DNA from: a virus
IMG/VR virus record: IMGVR_UViG_3300043409_001033
Span: 1-64,000 of that record
Length of the DNA stretch: 64,000 bases
Reading direction: 5' to 3' (one strand)
The notes under the pieces are model-generated. The model had not been told where the DNA came from. It saw nothing but the letters and a program-made list of their open reading frames with translations, and made no database searches. Shown here piece by piece: positions 29,060-39,348 of the stretch (its first letter is position 1; each line of letters begins with the position of its first letter). A program made the position numbers and the translations under genes.

Positions 29060-30280
29060 TTATTTTCTACCTTTCCAAAATATAGCACCAGCAATTTTCT
29101 TAGCAGTTTCTTCGGGATAACCACTTTTTTCAGCTTTAGATACTATCTTATCAAAACCTTTACCTTTTTTACCAAAATCGTAACCATGTTTAGCCTTTTT
29201 AACGATTTCAGATTTTTCCTCTTTACTTAAACCACTTGAAGGTTTACCAGTTTCGGCTAAATATTGTAAAGTAACTTCTTTTAATCTTTGTTTGAAATCT
29301 TCATCAATACCAGCTTGAGATAAATGTTTATAATACTCAGGGTCTTCACTTAAATGGTCTTTAGCAATTTCTTTAGCAGTCTCCTCGCTATTAGTATGCT
29401 CCATTTCATGTTTAGTTCCTTTTTCTAATTCATCTTTATCAAACTCTTTATCAGATGTTCCATCACCAAGACCTCCAATTAAATTTTCAATCTCATATAA
29501 TTTTTTGATAATTTTCATTCCATTATCTTTATCAACTAATGTATCAGATGTTACTTTCTTTGCTAAATTGGAATCTTTTTGTTTATAATTAGCAATAAGA
29601 TTTGTATAATAAGATGGGTCTTTCTCTAAATTAGCTAAAACTTTTTTACCAGCCTTTAAGGCATCTTTACATTTATCAAATTCAATTGAAAACCCAACAT
29701 TATAAGCATGAGAAGAAACTTGGTCATAAGTTAATTCTTCATTGATACTTATTGGTCGAGCTTTTACTACTTTAATTGCACAACCTTTTTGTTCATTCAA
29801 ATCATCGACACTATAATCATTATCTACTTGTGGGTATTGGTCTAATTTATCTTGATTATGAATTAAAAAATCGGTTGCAACAGAAGTTTCATCATTATCA
29901 ACATTATCTAATTTATTATAAGTATTTTCCAAAAACTCATTAATATCATCCGCACCAATTTGTCTATGTTTATCATTATAGATATAATCAATTGAATTAG
30001 GAATATCTACCGAAATAATATGAATTTCTTTTTCATCGGGTTGTGAAAAATTAATTTTATCTAAAGTTTGTGGTTTAGATTGTTGAATCATTCCATAGTC
30101 TTGCATTTCAAACATCACACCCTTTCTCCTTAGATTATTCAATAACATTTCATAAGTTAATCTTGGTGTAAAACAAGATTTATATTGGGGATATTTAGCA
30201 ACTTCTAATATAAATTGATTTTTGGTCATTTGATTAGAAATAACCTTATTATACAATCTTTGAATAATATTTTTGGACAT
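29060..30280 (-). CDS. head-module protein with two DUF5661-like units and a basic C-terminal module
   Basis: GFSIEFDK...NLEKDPSYY and GTKHEMEH...DHLSEDPEYY; numerous L/I-x-E sites. Confidence 0.6.
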   Translation of the reverse strand: MSKNIIQRLYNKVISNQMTKNQFILEVAKYPQYKSCFTPRLTYEMLLNNLRRKGVMFEMQDYGMIQQSKPQTLDKINFSQPDEKEIHIISVDIPNSIDYIYNDKHRQIGADDINEFLENTYNKLDNVDNDETSVATDFLIHNQDKLDQYPQVDNDYSVDDLNEQKGCAIKVVKARPISINEELTYDQVSSHAYNVGFSIEFDKCKDALKAGKKVLANLEKDPSYYTNLIANYKQKDSNLAKKVTSDTLVDKDNGMKIIKKLYEIENLIGGLGDGTSDKEFDKDELEKGTKHEMEHTNSEETAKEIAKDHLSEDPEYYKHLSQAGIDEDFKQRLKEVTLQYLAETGKPSSGLSKEEKSEIVKKAKHGYDFGKKGKGFDKIVSKAEKSGYPEETAKKIAGAIFWKGRK

Positions 30281-30283
30281 TTG

Positions 30284-30664
30284 TTATAATGTTTGTAATT
30301 TTGAGAATATATCTTTAATTTTTAATAAAATTTCATTCTTTACTTGAGGACTCATTGAAAAATCATCTTCTACATTTTCTTTTAATTTATTAATATGAGA
30401 AAGAATGATTGAAACTTCTTTTAATTTTGATTTAAGAATGGAATAACCTTTTCTTTTTTGTTGTTTGGTAGAATTAGTTTTGATTTGTTTATTAAAAGAA
30501 GAATACGAAATTTCATTGATAAATTTGTTTTTATTTAAAACTTGTTCAACTACTTTTTTTATCTTTTTCTTAGAAATTTTCTTACCTAAGTTTTGTTCAC
30601 CGACTCCTCCTGTAAATGTTGAACCTCCAAGATTAGTAGCATTTGTTGTTAGTCCTCCATCCAT
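30284..30664 (-). CDS. hypothetical head-module protein
   Basis: 126 aa; FTGGVGEQ and FINE-ISY; packed in the head operon. Confidence 0.65.
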   Translation of the reverse strand: MDGGLTTNATNLGGSTFTGGVGEQNLGKKISKKKIKKVVEQVLNKNKFINEISYSSFNKQIKTNSTKQQKRKGYSILKSKLKEVSIILSHINKLKENVEDDFSMSPQVKNEILLKIKDIFSKLQTL

Positions 30665-30668
30665 TTTA

Positions 30669-31499
30669 TTAAGCTAAATTAGTTTTTAGTTCTTCGTATA
30701 AATCATTATACATTAATACTTTGTTAATAGTATCTTCGGATAAGTTGATATTATTTTTAAAAGAATCTATATCGTTGATTACTTCTTGTAGTTTTTTTGA
30801 AGTAGTTTCATCTTTAACTAATTTTAACTTGGATTCACATAATTTGATAATGTTATCTAAGTTATTTTTAATTTTATCTGGTGTTAAAGATTCTGTGATA
30901 TAATCTATCATAATTGATTTTTGATTTTCATTTAGGACAGATTTATATTTTTCATTGAATTTATCAATTGCTACTTTGTATGCGATTTTCTTTGTTAGTT
31001 TATCTAACTTGTTATATTCTTCTAAGAACTCATCTTTTTCATCTTTCTTGGTGAAATGTTCTAAAAGAGTTACTTTATTTTTAACTATTTCGGTAATATC
31101 ATAACCTTTATCTTCGTTTTGAGATTCTAAAATATTATAGATACTTGCGTTTAATGAATAATTAGGAACTCTTTGTTTAAAAAAGTTTGGATAATTATTA
31201 TTAATATCTTTTACAAGATTGTATTTATCTTTGTTTATTTTAGATTTATCTAATTTGTTATAATAACTTATAGCTTCATTTAAAATAAGAGATGCTTCGT
31301 TTTCAGATTTACCTGTTGTTTCACTAAGAGTTTTATATAGTTTATACTCTTTGGCTAACTCGGTATTATGAAAGTGTTTCTTGATAAGGTTTAAAGATTT
31401 AGGAACTTCATTAGAAATTACTTCGGATGTCATTTGTTGAATTAACATCTCATACAATAAACCAGTATTTTTTATTTTTTTATGTTTACTATTCATCAT
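30669..31499 (-). CDS. hypothetical head-assembly protein downstream of portal
   Basis: KHKKIKNTGLLYEMLIQQ, ELAKEYKLY and FNEKY; has its own late motif. Confidence 0.7.
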   Translation of the reverse strand: MMNSKHKKIKNTGLLYEMLIQQMTSEVISNEVPKSLNLIKKHFHNTELAKEYKLYKTLSETTGKSENEASLILNEAISYYNKLDKSKINKDKYNLVKDINNNYPNFFKQRVPNYSLNASIYNILESQNEDKGYDITEIVKNKVTLLEHFTKKDEKDEFLEEYNKLDKLTKKIAYKVAIDKFNEKYKSVLNENQKSIMIDYITESLTPDKIKNNLDNIIKLCESKLKLVKDETTSKKLQEVINDIDSFKNNINLSEDTINKVLMYNDLYEELKTNLA

Positions 31500-31522
31500 T
31501 TAGCGATTATATCACTTATTTA

Positions 31523-31532
31523 TTATAAATAT
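31523..31532 (-). promoter_or_regulatory. late-promoter-like motif ATATTTATAA
   Basis: Exact 10-mer 23 nt upstream of ATG 31499. Confidence 0.65.
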
Positions 31533-31541
31533 ATAAATTAG

Positions 31542-33353
31542 TTAGAAATGTAATTTATGAAGTTTAAATGTCTCTTCAACTGTTTTTCCTAAATAAATAT
31601 TAACCTTATTTTTTCTTTTTGGTTGAACATTTTCATAGATATTAGTCATTGAGATTGGATTAGCATTTGATTGAGACTTAACATTTGTTCCTCTATTAAT
31701 GCCTAATCTATCTCTGCCTAAAGTACTATCATCAGTATTCATATTCGATGCTCTTGCAATAGGTCTTCCTAATACTTGTTTATCAAAGTTATTTGCTCCG
31801 TCCATCGGGTCGGGTTTAACTATATCAGTTTTATCGTTATATAGATTAGCTAAATCATGTGGAGTTCCATAAGATTCACCTGATTCTAATGGGTCATTCC
31901 CTTCGTTTTCAATTTGAGATATTCTAAATAATCGTTTTTTATCTTCTAAGATTTCATCTCGCATATTATCAAATTCATCTTCGCTTAGGTGTAAGATATT
32001 TTTATAAAGATAATCGGAAGAAGCAATGTTGTTGTCCATCATTGTAATCATCAAGTCAACCTTCTCTTTTAATAAAGCAATTTTTTCTTGTTCATAGATA
32101 ATAGAAGGAGAAGTAAGTTCTAATTCAAAATTCATTAAGTTATTACTTCTAAACCCTCTTGAATATAAATGAATCAACGCAATCTTATATAATTCAGAAA
32201 TAACCGAATTTTGGATTCTTTCTACAATCGGAACAAAATTTATAGTTTGATTTGCTAAAGTAGATGTACCATTCAAATCTCCAATTTCAGTATATTCAGA
32301 TTTTGGAATTTTAAGAGCCATGAATAGTTTATCTTTGTGATAATTAACGTCTTCCATTCCAGCAAACGTTAAACCACTAATATTTTCTATTCTTGTTGCA
32401 TCTCTATCACCTCTTTTTGGAATATAATAATCTTCAAGTAAATTCATCATATTATACTTTAGATTATAATCTCCCGTAGAATAATCCATAAATGGAGTCT
32501 TTTTGGAAGAGTTCATTATCTTCTCCATATAAGCATCAACTTCATTAGCAGGTAATGCACCAACGTCAATAGAGTAAATTCTTTTATCAGCAGAACGCAT
32601 TAAACGATGAAGCAATGAAGCATCTTCCATTAGTGTCAACATTTTCCATGTTTTTCTTGCGTTCTCTATATAAGATTTACCATAAGGATAATAAGAAGTA
32701 TCCGAATTTAATCTAAAGTGAGCAACTTCAAAATTTTGATACTTTATTGAATTAGAACTTGTGTAACCAGTTTCATCATAAATAAAATTTGTTTCGCCTG
32801 TTTTTGGGTCTTCTATTCTTGATGTAAGGTAAGTTGACATTGGAAATGTACCTACTACACCATAGTCTTCCATAAGTTTGATGTATAAAAAGCTATCTCC
32901 ATACATTAACATTGTGCGAACCCAACCGTATAAATTTTCATCTATTGATAAAACATCATAAAATAAATTAGTCAATACTTGTTTTATCTCTTCATCAGAA
33001 GTCTTTATTTTTAAAATATCTCCTTCAAGATTTTTTGTAGTAACTTTAGATGCTAAAATATCAAGAGCAGAAGAAATGATAGCATCTAAGTTCATCATTT
33101 CATATTCTGAATATAATTGACTTCTTAAAATACCTTGTTGAAATCCTACAACCGAACTCCCAAAAGCACCTACTATATTGTTATTTCCTTGATAAAGCCT
33201 TGTAAATCTATCAGTAAAGTAATTAGTTTGTAAACCACCAGACTGTTGATATTTATTCATATCAAGAACCTTAATTTGGTTATTACTGATATGGGTAACT
33301 ATCGTCTGTTGAGAAAACATCCGTTTTAATCTGCCCAAAAAGGATTTGTCCAT
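31542..33353 (-). CDS. gp20: portal protein (T4 gp20-like)
   Basis: YEMMNLDAIISSALDI, PYGKSYIE, LMEDASLLHRLMRSADKRIYSIDVG, LEDYYIPKR and ALKIPK. Confidence 0.95.
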   Translation of the reverse strand: MDKSFLGRLKRMFSQQTIVTHISNNQIKVLDMNKYQQSGGLQTNYFTDRFTRLYQGNNNIVGAFGSSVVGFQQGILRSQLYSEYEMMNLDAIISSALDILASKVTTKNLEGDILKIKTSDEEIKQVLTNLFYDVLSIDENLYGWVRTMLMYGDSFLYIKLMEDYGVVGTFPMSTYLTSRIEDPKTGETNFIYDETGYTSSNSIKYQNFEVAHFRLNSDTSYYPYGKSYIENARKTWKMLTLMEDASLLHRLMRSADKRIYSIDVGALPANEVDAYMEKIMNSSKKTPFMDYSTGDYNLKYNMMNLLEDYYIPKRGDRDATRIENISGLTFAGMEDVNYHKDKLFMALKIPKSEYTEIGDLNGTSTLANQTINFVPIVERIQNSVISELYKIALIHLYSRGFRSNNLMNFELELTSPSIIYEQEKIALLKEKVDLMITMMDNNIASSDYLYKNILHLSEDEFDNMRDEILEDKKRLFRISQIENEGNDPLESGESYGTPHDLANLYNDKTDIVKPDPMDGANNFDKQVLGRPIARASNMNTDDSTLGRDRLGINRGTNVKSQSNANPISMTNIYENVQPKRKNKVNIYLGKTVEETFKLHKLHF

Positions 33354-33364
33354 TTGTCTTTTAT

Positions 33365-33374
33365 TTATAAATAT
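33365..33374 (-). promoter_or_regulatory. late-promoter-like motif ATATTTATAA
   Basis: Exact 10-mer 11 nt upstream of the portal ATG. Confidence 0.7.
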
Positions 33375-33407
33375 ATTATTTGTTCTTCTTTCTTAAATTT
33401 GGTAATA

Positions 33408-34997
33408 TTAAAATAATTTTGATGGGTCAAACCCCATATCTTTTAATATTTTATCTTGTTGATATAAAGCATAATTATTGTTCATCATTGAATTTAATTC
33501 GGGATGTTTATATACTTTAATTCCATCTAAGGCACTTCTTCTTAAATCATTAGCTTTATTGGTATGTACTAAAATATTGTCTCTTAAATGAGAATAAATG
33601 GAAAGTGGCATAATTAAGTCATCGGTACAACCTCTTGTTGCTTGAGCCTTTCCGTTGAAATAAATAAATGTACATAATTCATTATATGTTCTTCTTGACC
33701 TAATTATCAATGATTTATGTCTTAACATATATTCCAATTTAGAAATACAAATTGGTCTAACGTTCCAAGACATATTAAAACCAGTTGATAGTGAAGATGG
33801 GTCAACATAAGAGTTTACATATAAACTATAATCGTTATCAGACGAACCTTTTTTTACACGATATAAATTTGCATATCCAATACTTTCCAACTCTTGAACA
33901 GTAGCATAACCAATACCAGTATTTTCAACAATTAATAAAGCGTCTCCATAGGCAGTGGCAATTTCCTTTGCTTTTCTTGCTAATTCGATTGGAGGAATTT
34001 GACCATCTAACTCAGCTACTTGTTCGTTATCTTCTATGTCTATTACTTGAATTGTTGAATCATCCCCACCGTCTCCTTTTGCAGTATCTACAATAACAGC
34101 ATATCTTCTACCATATTGATAATATTTCCAAACCCAATATTCTTCACTTTCACCTATTTTTATGATTGGTTCTTGTAAAGTATTTTTGTCAATATAATCT
34201 AAAATATCAGCATCAATAACAGTATTACCACTACCCATAAACTCGCAATCATACTCTTGAGCAAATGCTTGTTTACCTAATGCAGATATTTGAGTTTGTT
34301 TCCATTTTTCATCTCTTTCGGGGTGTAAATTCCACTTTAATTTAATTGGTAAATAACCATTCTTACCAGATTCGGCTTCCGTCCACATTTTGTGAAAATG
34401 GTCTCCTGTTCCGTTTGGTGTAGATAGGATAATAATTTTACCACCACCAGTTGCAATCAATGGTTCAACAGATTTGATAACAGATTCAAATTTAGGGATG
34501 AACGCAGATTCATCCATAATTACTAAGTTTGCAGATGTTGAACGAGCGGCATCGGAAGCAGATGAATAAGCTTTTACAGATGAACCATTTGATAATCTTA
34601 ACTCCTTAGTATTTGAAATTGTAATTGTAGTTCCAAGCAATAACCATTCGGGAATTGTTGAAAACATTAATTTTACCTTTTTCAAAACTTCTTCGGAAGT
34701 AGATTGACGGTTAGATATAATTGAAACTAACGAAGCATCTTCAAAAATCATCATGTGAATAGCAACTAATGCTAATAGGGTAGAAATACCCATTTGACGA
34801 GCTTTTAATATGATACTTCTATCACTTTTTGATAATGCAGTTAAAGTCTTGGCTTGAAAATCGTAAAGATGAAATGGTTGATGTCTTTCTACGTTTGAAC
34901 GGATTGTACAATAACTTGCCATTTTGGTAATGTCAGTTGCACATTCTATATATTTTTTTTGTAGTAATTCTTTATGTTCTTTTGTAAATGTAGCCAT
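33408..34997 (-). CDS. gp17: terminase large subunit (T4 gp17-like)
   Basis: LYDFQ, KARQMGIST (Walker A), VIMDESAF (Walker B), STPNG, QEYDCEF, nuclease VDTAKG..DDS and DDLIM. Confidence 0.96.
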   Translation of the reverse strand: MATFTKEHKELLQKKYIECATDITKMASYCTIRSNVERHQPFHLYDFQAKTLTALSKSDRSIILKARQMGISTLLALVAIHMMIFEDASLVSIISNRQSTSEEVLKKVKLMFSTIPEWLLLGTTITISNTKELRLSNGSSVKAYSSASDAARSTSANLVIMDESAFIPKFESVIKSVEPLIATGGGKIIILSTPNGTGDHFHKMWTEAESGKNGYLPIKLKWNLHPERDEKWKQTQISALGKQAFAQEYDCEFMGSGNTVIDADILDYIDKNTLQEPIIKIGESEEYWVWKYYQYGRRYAVIVDTAKGDGGDDSTIQVIDIEDNEQVAELDGQIPPIELARKAKEIATAYGDALLIVENTGIGYATVQELESIGYANLYRVKKGSSDNDYSLYVNSYVDPSSLSTGFNMSWNVRPICISKLEYMLRHKSLIIRSRRTYNELCTFIYFNGKAQATRGCTDDLIMPLSIYSHLRDNILVHTNKANDLRRSALDGIKVYKHPELNSMMNNNYALYQQDKILKDMGFDPSKLF

Positions 34998-35000
34998 CTT

Positions 35001-35171
35001 CTATCGAATAGAATTTAATTCATTTTGGGTGTCAATCTGTCTTTGTTTTAAATCTTTTAAAATAGCTTGTAGGGCTTGTTTACGAGTCATCTTTTCTTGA
35101 TTAGACATTATTCCATCAAGTTCTTTAATTAACCCTTGTTTTATAGTTTCTTTTAATTGATATTTATTCAT
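35001..35171 (-). CDS. small hypothetical protein (56 aa)
   Basis: Likely start is ATG 35171 (MNKYQLKETIKQGLIKE...), 7 nt after a late motif. The longer track ORF runs through a terminator. Confidence 0.6.
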   Translation of the reverse strand: MNKYQLKETIKQGLIKELDGIMSNQEKMTRKQALQAILKDLKQRQIDTQNELNSIR

Positions 35172-35178
35172 CTTTTGT

Positions 35179-35188
35179 TTATAAATAT
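35179..35188 (-). promoter_or_regulatory. late-promoter-like motif ATATTTATAA
   Basis: Exact 10-mer directly following a terminator. Confidence 0.65.
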
Positions 35189-35191
35189 CAC

Positions 35192-35220
35192 AAAAAACAA
35201 AAACCACCCTATTGAGTGGT
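35192..35220 (-). terminator. intrinsic terminator
   Basis: ACCACTC-AATA-GGGTGGT followed by TTTTGTTTTTT. Confidence 0.75.
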
Positions 35221-35243
35221 CTTTGAAAAATAAACAACTAAAA

Positions 35244-37562
35244 CTAAGAAATTGAGAAATTAAACATTTTGCAATAATAGTCTTTATTGGCAGTTGGAAT
35301 ATTTGGTAAAATTGTATTTCTATAAGCATAAGATGTAGTTTCCCAATCATCTGCCGTTACATGAAAATATCTCATAATACCATCAATAGAACATCTTGCA
35401 ATAAAATCTGTTGGTTCTACACCTTCTGGTCTAAATGCGGTTAATAAAACTTTATTTGATGACTTAGAAATTCTTACAGGTAATACATCTGTCATACTTG
35501 TATCCCAATTTATCGCATAAGTTTTTAACCAAGTAGTACCTCCGTCTAAAGAGTATTCTGTATTCCAGAATTGTGGAACCAGTTCTCTATAAGCAGAAAT
35601 TGCTCCGATTGAATCAAGCATTTGAATTGCACCCAACACGCCAGAGTAGGTGTCAATCCCACCTGCATTACTTGTTACTGCTCTGTCCCATAGTTCTAAA
35701 TCTACTCCGTTGATAAACCCAAGTAAAGTAAAAATAAAAGCGTATTTTCGCCCTATATTTTGATTGGAATGTTCAGTCAAAGAATCCGTAACCAACAACC
35801 CGTTGTAGTTTTTGGAAAATTCATTCCTACCTAATAAACTTCCTTTATCAGCTAATAGTTTAGGCATGAACAGGTTTCTTCTATTGTTCAATTTATATCT
35901 ACAATACCAAGCTTGCCATTCCATATTGGTTCCACATAAAGCAGTTGGATTTAATACTGTCCTTTCGGAGTATGTTCCAAATTTATTTACGTCTATGTAA
36001 TTACCAGAGTTATCTAAAGGGTAATGACTTCCTTGTGGGGCAAGCATTTCAAAATAAAAACTCTGTTCGGTTGAAGGCATTAAGTTATCATAATCTAATA
36101 AACTTTCGTTATTAATAGATTTACTTAATAATGTTGTTCTGGTTTCTACCTTCCAGTCTGTATTTAGTTTACTGAGTGCTGTTGAATTATAATTACCGTC
36201 ATTATCTGGGTAATTGTATGTTTTTTTGGCTCCTGTTGCTAAGTCTTCTGTATATCCGAACTCTTGGAATGGTGCCGAATATAGCGATACAAAATAACCT
36301 CTTGTTTTTCTTGCACCAGCAATTAAAAATACTCTATGTTTTTCTGAACCGTTTTCGTACCCTGTTTCTATGTCAGACATGACTATACATCTCTGAGATT
36401 TGTTGTTTATATTATCTTGACCTCCTAATAAGTTAGACTGTCCTATCTCGGTTCCAGTGTCATATAATTGTTCAAGTGTTTTAGGTGTCCACGGGTCAGT
36501 TGAGTCTGTTGCGTTGTATTGATTGTGACATCTATTGAAATACGGTATTGCGGATGTGAAGGTAAAGTAACCGTCATCTTTGTAATCTATACCATTTCTA
36601 AGTGGGTCAGGGTTTACTTGTCCACCATATACCAATCCAGCCAATCCAAGTTCCCATGCTTTTCTATTATAGGTTGTGAAAGAATTATGAGGAACATCCC
36701 AGTATACAGCCCAAATAGGTCGAGTATAACCAGTTGAATCTACATAAGTTCTAAGAGGAGTAGTTCCGAAATGTGTGAGATTTAATAAACTTCCAGTAGT
36801 TTGTGCTAAAGTTTTTGTAATGTTTGTAGCACTTGAAGCGTAGAAGTTTGTAGATGAATTAATGGTAGTTGTACTTGTTGTAGTACTTCCATTAATAGTT
36901 GTACTTGTTGTTGGATAAGCAACACACAATACATCTAACATAATCCAATCTAACGATGGGGGACAAACAGCAATAGAAGTTCCCGTTGGTAAAGAATTTA
37001 AAATCTTAGATGGGTCTAAATTATTTTGAAATTCTAATAAACAAACATCATCAGTAACATTATTAGATGAACATTTGAAATAATAAGTATTACCAACTAA
37101 ATAACCACCAGCATTTGATGTAGGTTGAATGTGAATATATTTTTCAAGTAACCCATTTGTATTGATGGTTGTACTACTTGTGGTTGAAGTAGTAGATGTC
37201 GTGGTAGTAGGTGTAGAATAATCTAAAACAGTATATGTTGTCGTAAACTCACAAGTAGTACCATTTGAATAAATTTTTATAGAAATATCATCTCCAATAT
37301 TAGGAATAGAAGCAAATGGTATGATTGCATAAATATATGAACCAACTCCAGATTGAGCTTGTGGAGAAGGACTTTCATAAAGAATCTCATTAGATTCATT
37401 CTTGATAGTAATCGTATATGGACTAAGACCACTAACCGTACTTTCGGGGATAATCCCAATTTGTAAACCAGTACTTACAATAATTTGAGTTATTGTATTT
37501 GGACTAAGAGTAGGGTCAGTTGCTTGTGTCCGTATATGTAAATTACCGCAATTTAAAGGCAT
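35244..37562 (-). CDS. large putative virion appendage protein with Thr-rich linkers and a ~510-aa C-terminal globular domain
   Basis: Tracts TPTTTTSTTSTTSSTT and PTTSTTINGSTTTSTTT; Cys module shared with 49635..51587; variant late motif (ATACTTATAA) at 37570-37579. Confidence 0.6.
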   Translation of the reverse strand: MPLNCGNLHIRTQATDPTLSPNTITQIIVSTGLQIGIIPESTVSGLSPYTITIKNESNEILYESPSPQAQSGVGSYIYAIIPFASIPNIGDDISIKIYSNGTTCEFTTTYTVLDYSTPTTTTSTTSTTSSTTINTNGLLEKYIHIQPTSNAGGYLVGNTYYFKCSSNNVTDDVCLLEFQNNLDPSKILNSLPTGTSIAVCPPSLDWIMLDVLCVAYPTTSTTINGSTTTSTTTINSSTNFYASSATNITKTLAQTTGSLLNLTHFGTTPLRTYVDSTGYTRPIWAVYWDVPHNSFTTYNRKAWELGLAGLVYGGQVNPDPLRNGIDYKDDGYFTFTSAIPYFNRCHNQYNATDSTDPWTPKTLEQLYDTGTEIGQSNLLGGQDNINNKSQRCIVMSDIETGYENGSEKHRVFLIAGARKTRGYFVSLYSAPFQEFGYTEDLATGAKKTYNYPDNDGNYNSTALSKLNTDWKVETRTTLLSKSINNESLLDYDNLMPSTEQSFYFEMLAPQGSHYPLDNSGNYIDVNKFGTYSERTVLNPTALCGTNMEWQAWYCRYKLNNRRNLFMPKLLADKGSLLGRNEFSKNYNGLLVTDSLTEHSNQNIGRKYAFIFTLLGFINGVDLELWDRAVTSNAGGIDTYSGVLGAIQMLDSIGAISAYRELVPQFWNTEYSLDGGTTWLKTYAINWDTSMTDVLPVRISKSSNKVLLTAFRPEGVEPTDFIARCSIDGIMRYFHVTADDWETTSYAYRNTILPNIPTANKDYYCKMFNFSIS

Positions 37563-37590
37563 CTTTTATTTATAAGTATAATAAAATAAT

Positions 37591-38841
37591 TTAAAAATTT
37601 CTTCTAAAGAATATTCGGTCTTCGATAACAGAACCATTATGACCAATAATATCAATATCTACTCCAGCGTAGAAACTTCCAAAATTGGTAATTGACCAAC
37701 CACTTCCTCCCATCATACTCATGCAATTTTTATATCTAAATCTTTTTCCAAATTGAGTAGCAGATTGATGTAAATCTCCTTTAACTAAATGAATATTTGG
37801 AGTTCTAATATCATGTTGATAAATATAATCATTAATAAAATTCTCGGTTTTATCATTTAGGTTAAAAGGTAAACCGTGTTTCATATTAATTTTATCTTTA
37901 CCATGAGTAATAATAAATGTATGGTCGTTATAAACATAATGTCCAATAAACTTATTAAATACTTGAGTTGTAATATTTTTATAAGTTGAGTTTAGATAAA
38001 TTTCTAAAGTTCTATTGACAATATATTGTAAATCTCCATCATGGTTTGAATCTCCTACCGAATAAAAATTAATATTTTTTGTAATATCTAACTCAATTAA
38101 ATTATCAAAGAAATTTCGCATGATACTAAAATAAGTTTCAAACTGTTCTTTGTTGTTTAGATTTTGTGGTAGATAATGTCCACCTCTTGTTGTTTGATGG
38201 TTGAATCCATCTAAAGTATCTCCTAAATTAATTATAAAAATATCTTGGAATTTTCCATATAAATTTTTATAATCTAATAATCTTTCTAAAATATAATTGA
38301 TTCTATTTTTTAATACATCTTTATCATATTTATTTTCGTATAGAGAATCCGATTCTATCATTGCTCCTACGTGTAAATCTGACAAATATACATTTATTGC
38401 GGTATTTTTATTATAATTTGTACTTAATTGTAACTTAGGCGTTACGGGATTTTCAATAAAATAATTTTTTAATGAATCTAATAAAGAAACTTCATTTTCA
38501 ATTAGAGAATCATCTTTTGGTTTAACTTTTACCGAGAATCTTGTTTTTTCTCCTTGTTGCCAAACAGAATATTGCGTAACAACAGATTTAGATAAATCTA
38601 CTTGCTCTTCGATAAATTCTTTTATTGGTTTAGAAATATCACAAAGATTGGATGGTAAAAAATCATCATCGCTTTTTGTAATTTTTCTTCTGCCTTCGGC
38701 TGTTCTAATAATACCTTTTACAACATCTTTGTTTACTCCAAATTTTTCACAAACTTCTTTATAAGCATTATAAGAACCTTTTTGAATTGGATGTTGAATT
38801 AAATACTCTCTAATTTTTTGGTTTCTTTCTTTTATATTCAT
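37591..38841 (-). CDS. calcineurin-like metallophosphoesterase with an N-terminal HTH-like segment
   Basis: SDLHVG, LGDTLDG, DSNHD, THG and GDLH metal-binding motifs. Confidence 0.85.
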   Translation of the reverse strand: MNIKERNQKIREYLIQHPIQKGSYNAYKEVCEKFGVNKDVVKGIIRTAEGRRKITKSDDDFLPSNLCDISKPIKEFIEEQVDLSKSVVTQYSVWQQGEKTRFSVKVKPKDDSLIENEVSLLDSLKNYFIENPVTPKLQLSTNYNKNTAINVYLSDLHVGAMIESDSLYENKYDKDVLKNRINYILERLLDYKNLYGKFQDIFIINLGDTLDGFNHQTTRGGHYLPQNLNNKEQFETYFSIMRNFFDNLIELDITKNINFYSVGDSNHDGDLQYIVNRTLEIYLNSTYKNITTQVFNKFIGHYVYNDHTFIITHGKDKINMKHGLPFNLNDKTENFINDYIYQHDIRTPNIHLVKGDLHQSATQFGKRFRYKNCMSMMGGSGWSITNFGSFYAGVDIDIIGHNGSVIEDRIFFRRNF

Positions 38842-38850
38842 AAAATTATT

Positions 38851-39348
38851 TTATTGATTTTCTTCTTGTTCAGCTTCTTCGGGAGCAAGTGGATTAAATA
38901 CACTATTGGTAGGTTCACTCGTTGGAGGTGTAAAATCAGGTTGTCCACCACCTTCTACTCCTTCTGTTCCTGTTGGTTCTTGCATTGGTGCTTCAATAGC
39001 ACTTAATGGTTTTTTAAGAACTAATAAATCAGTAATAGCCTTTGAAGCTCTATCAATTTCACCAGCAACCGTTAGATTGTATTGCTTACCACTGATTTTT
39101 GCTTGAAAGGCATTTTTTCCAATATAAGTTAATAAAAATGTAAAGTCATTTGCTAAAACTACTTGAAATGTCGTTGGTTTAGGAGCCTTTAATTGAATAT
39201 CATTGATAAAATGAATATATTTTGGACTAAGTAAACTAACTAAAATTTGTTTTAGTTGAGGACTTTTATGAGTAAAAGTTATAATTCTATCAAGATTCTT
39301 CATCTCTTCGAGAATTAACTTTAAAACTTTTTTATTTTGATTTTGCAT
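38851..39348 (-). CDS. hypothetical protein (probable start ATG 39348, MQNQNKK)
   Basis: APKPTTF and a Pro/Glu-rich tail; start chosen because the junction is identical to the protease start junction. Confidence 0.7.
   Translation of the reverse strand: MQNQNKKVLKLILEEMKNLDRIITFTHKSPQLKQILVSLLSPKYIHFINDIQLKAPKPTTFQVVLANDFTFLLTYIGKNAFQAKISGKQYNLTVAGEIDRASKAITDLLVLKKPLSAIEAPMQEPTGTEGVEGGGQPDFTPPTSEPTNSVFNPLAPEEAEQEENQ

Noticed and set aside
35001-35237. Small terminase call for the ORF upstream of gp17
   Set aside because: Probably only 56 aa, with no recognisable gp16 features; position alone is insufficient.
16117-37459. Short nested minus-strand ORFs 16117..16320, 35168..35350 and 37277..37459
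   Set aside because: Alternate-frame ORFs inside sheath or the 772-aa gene, or running across a terminator, with no supporting signal.
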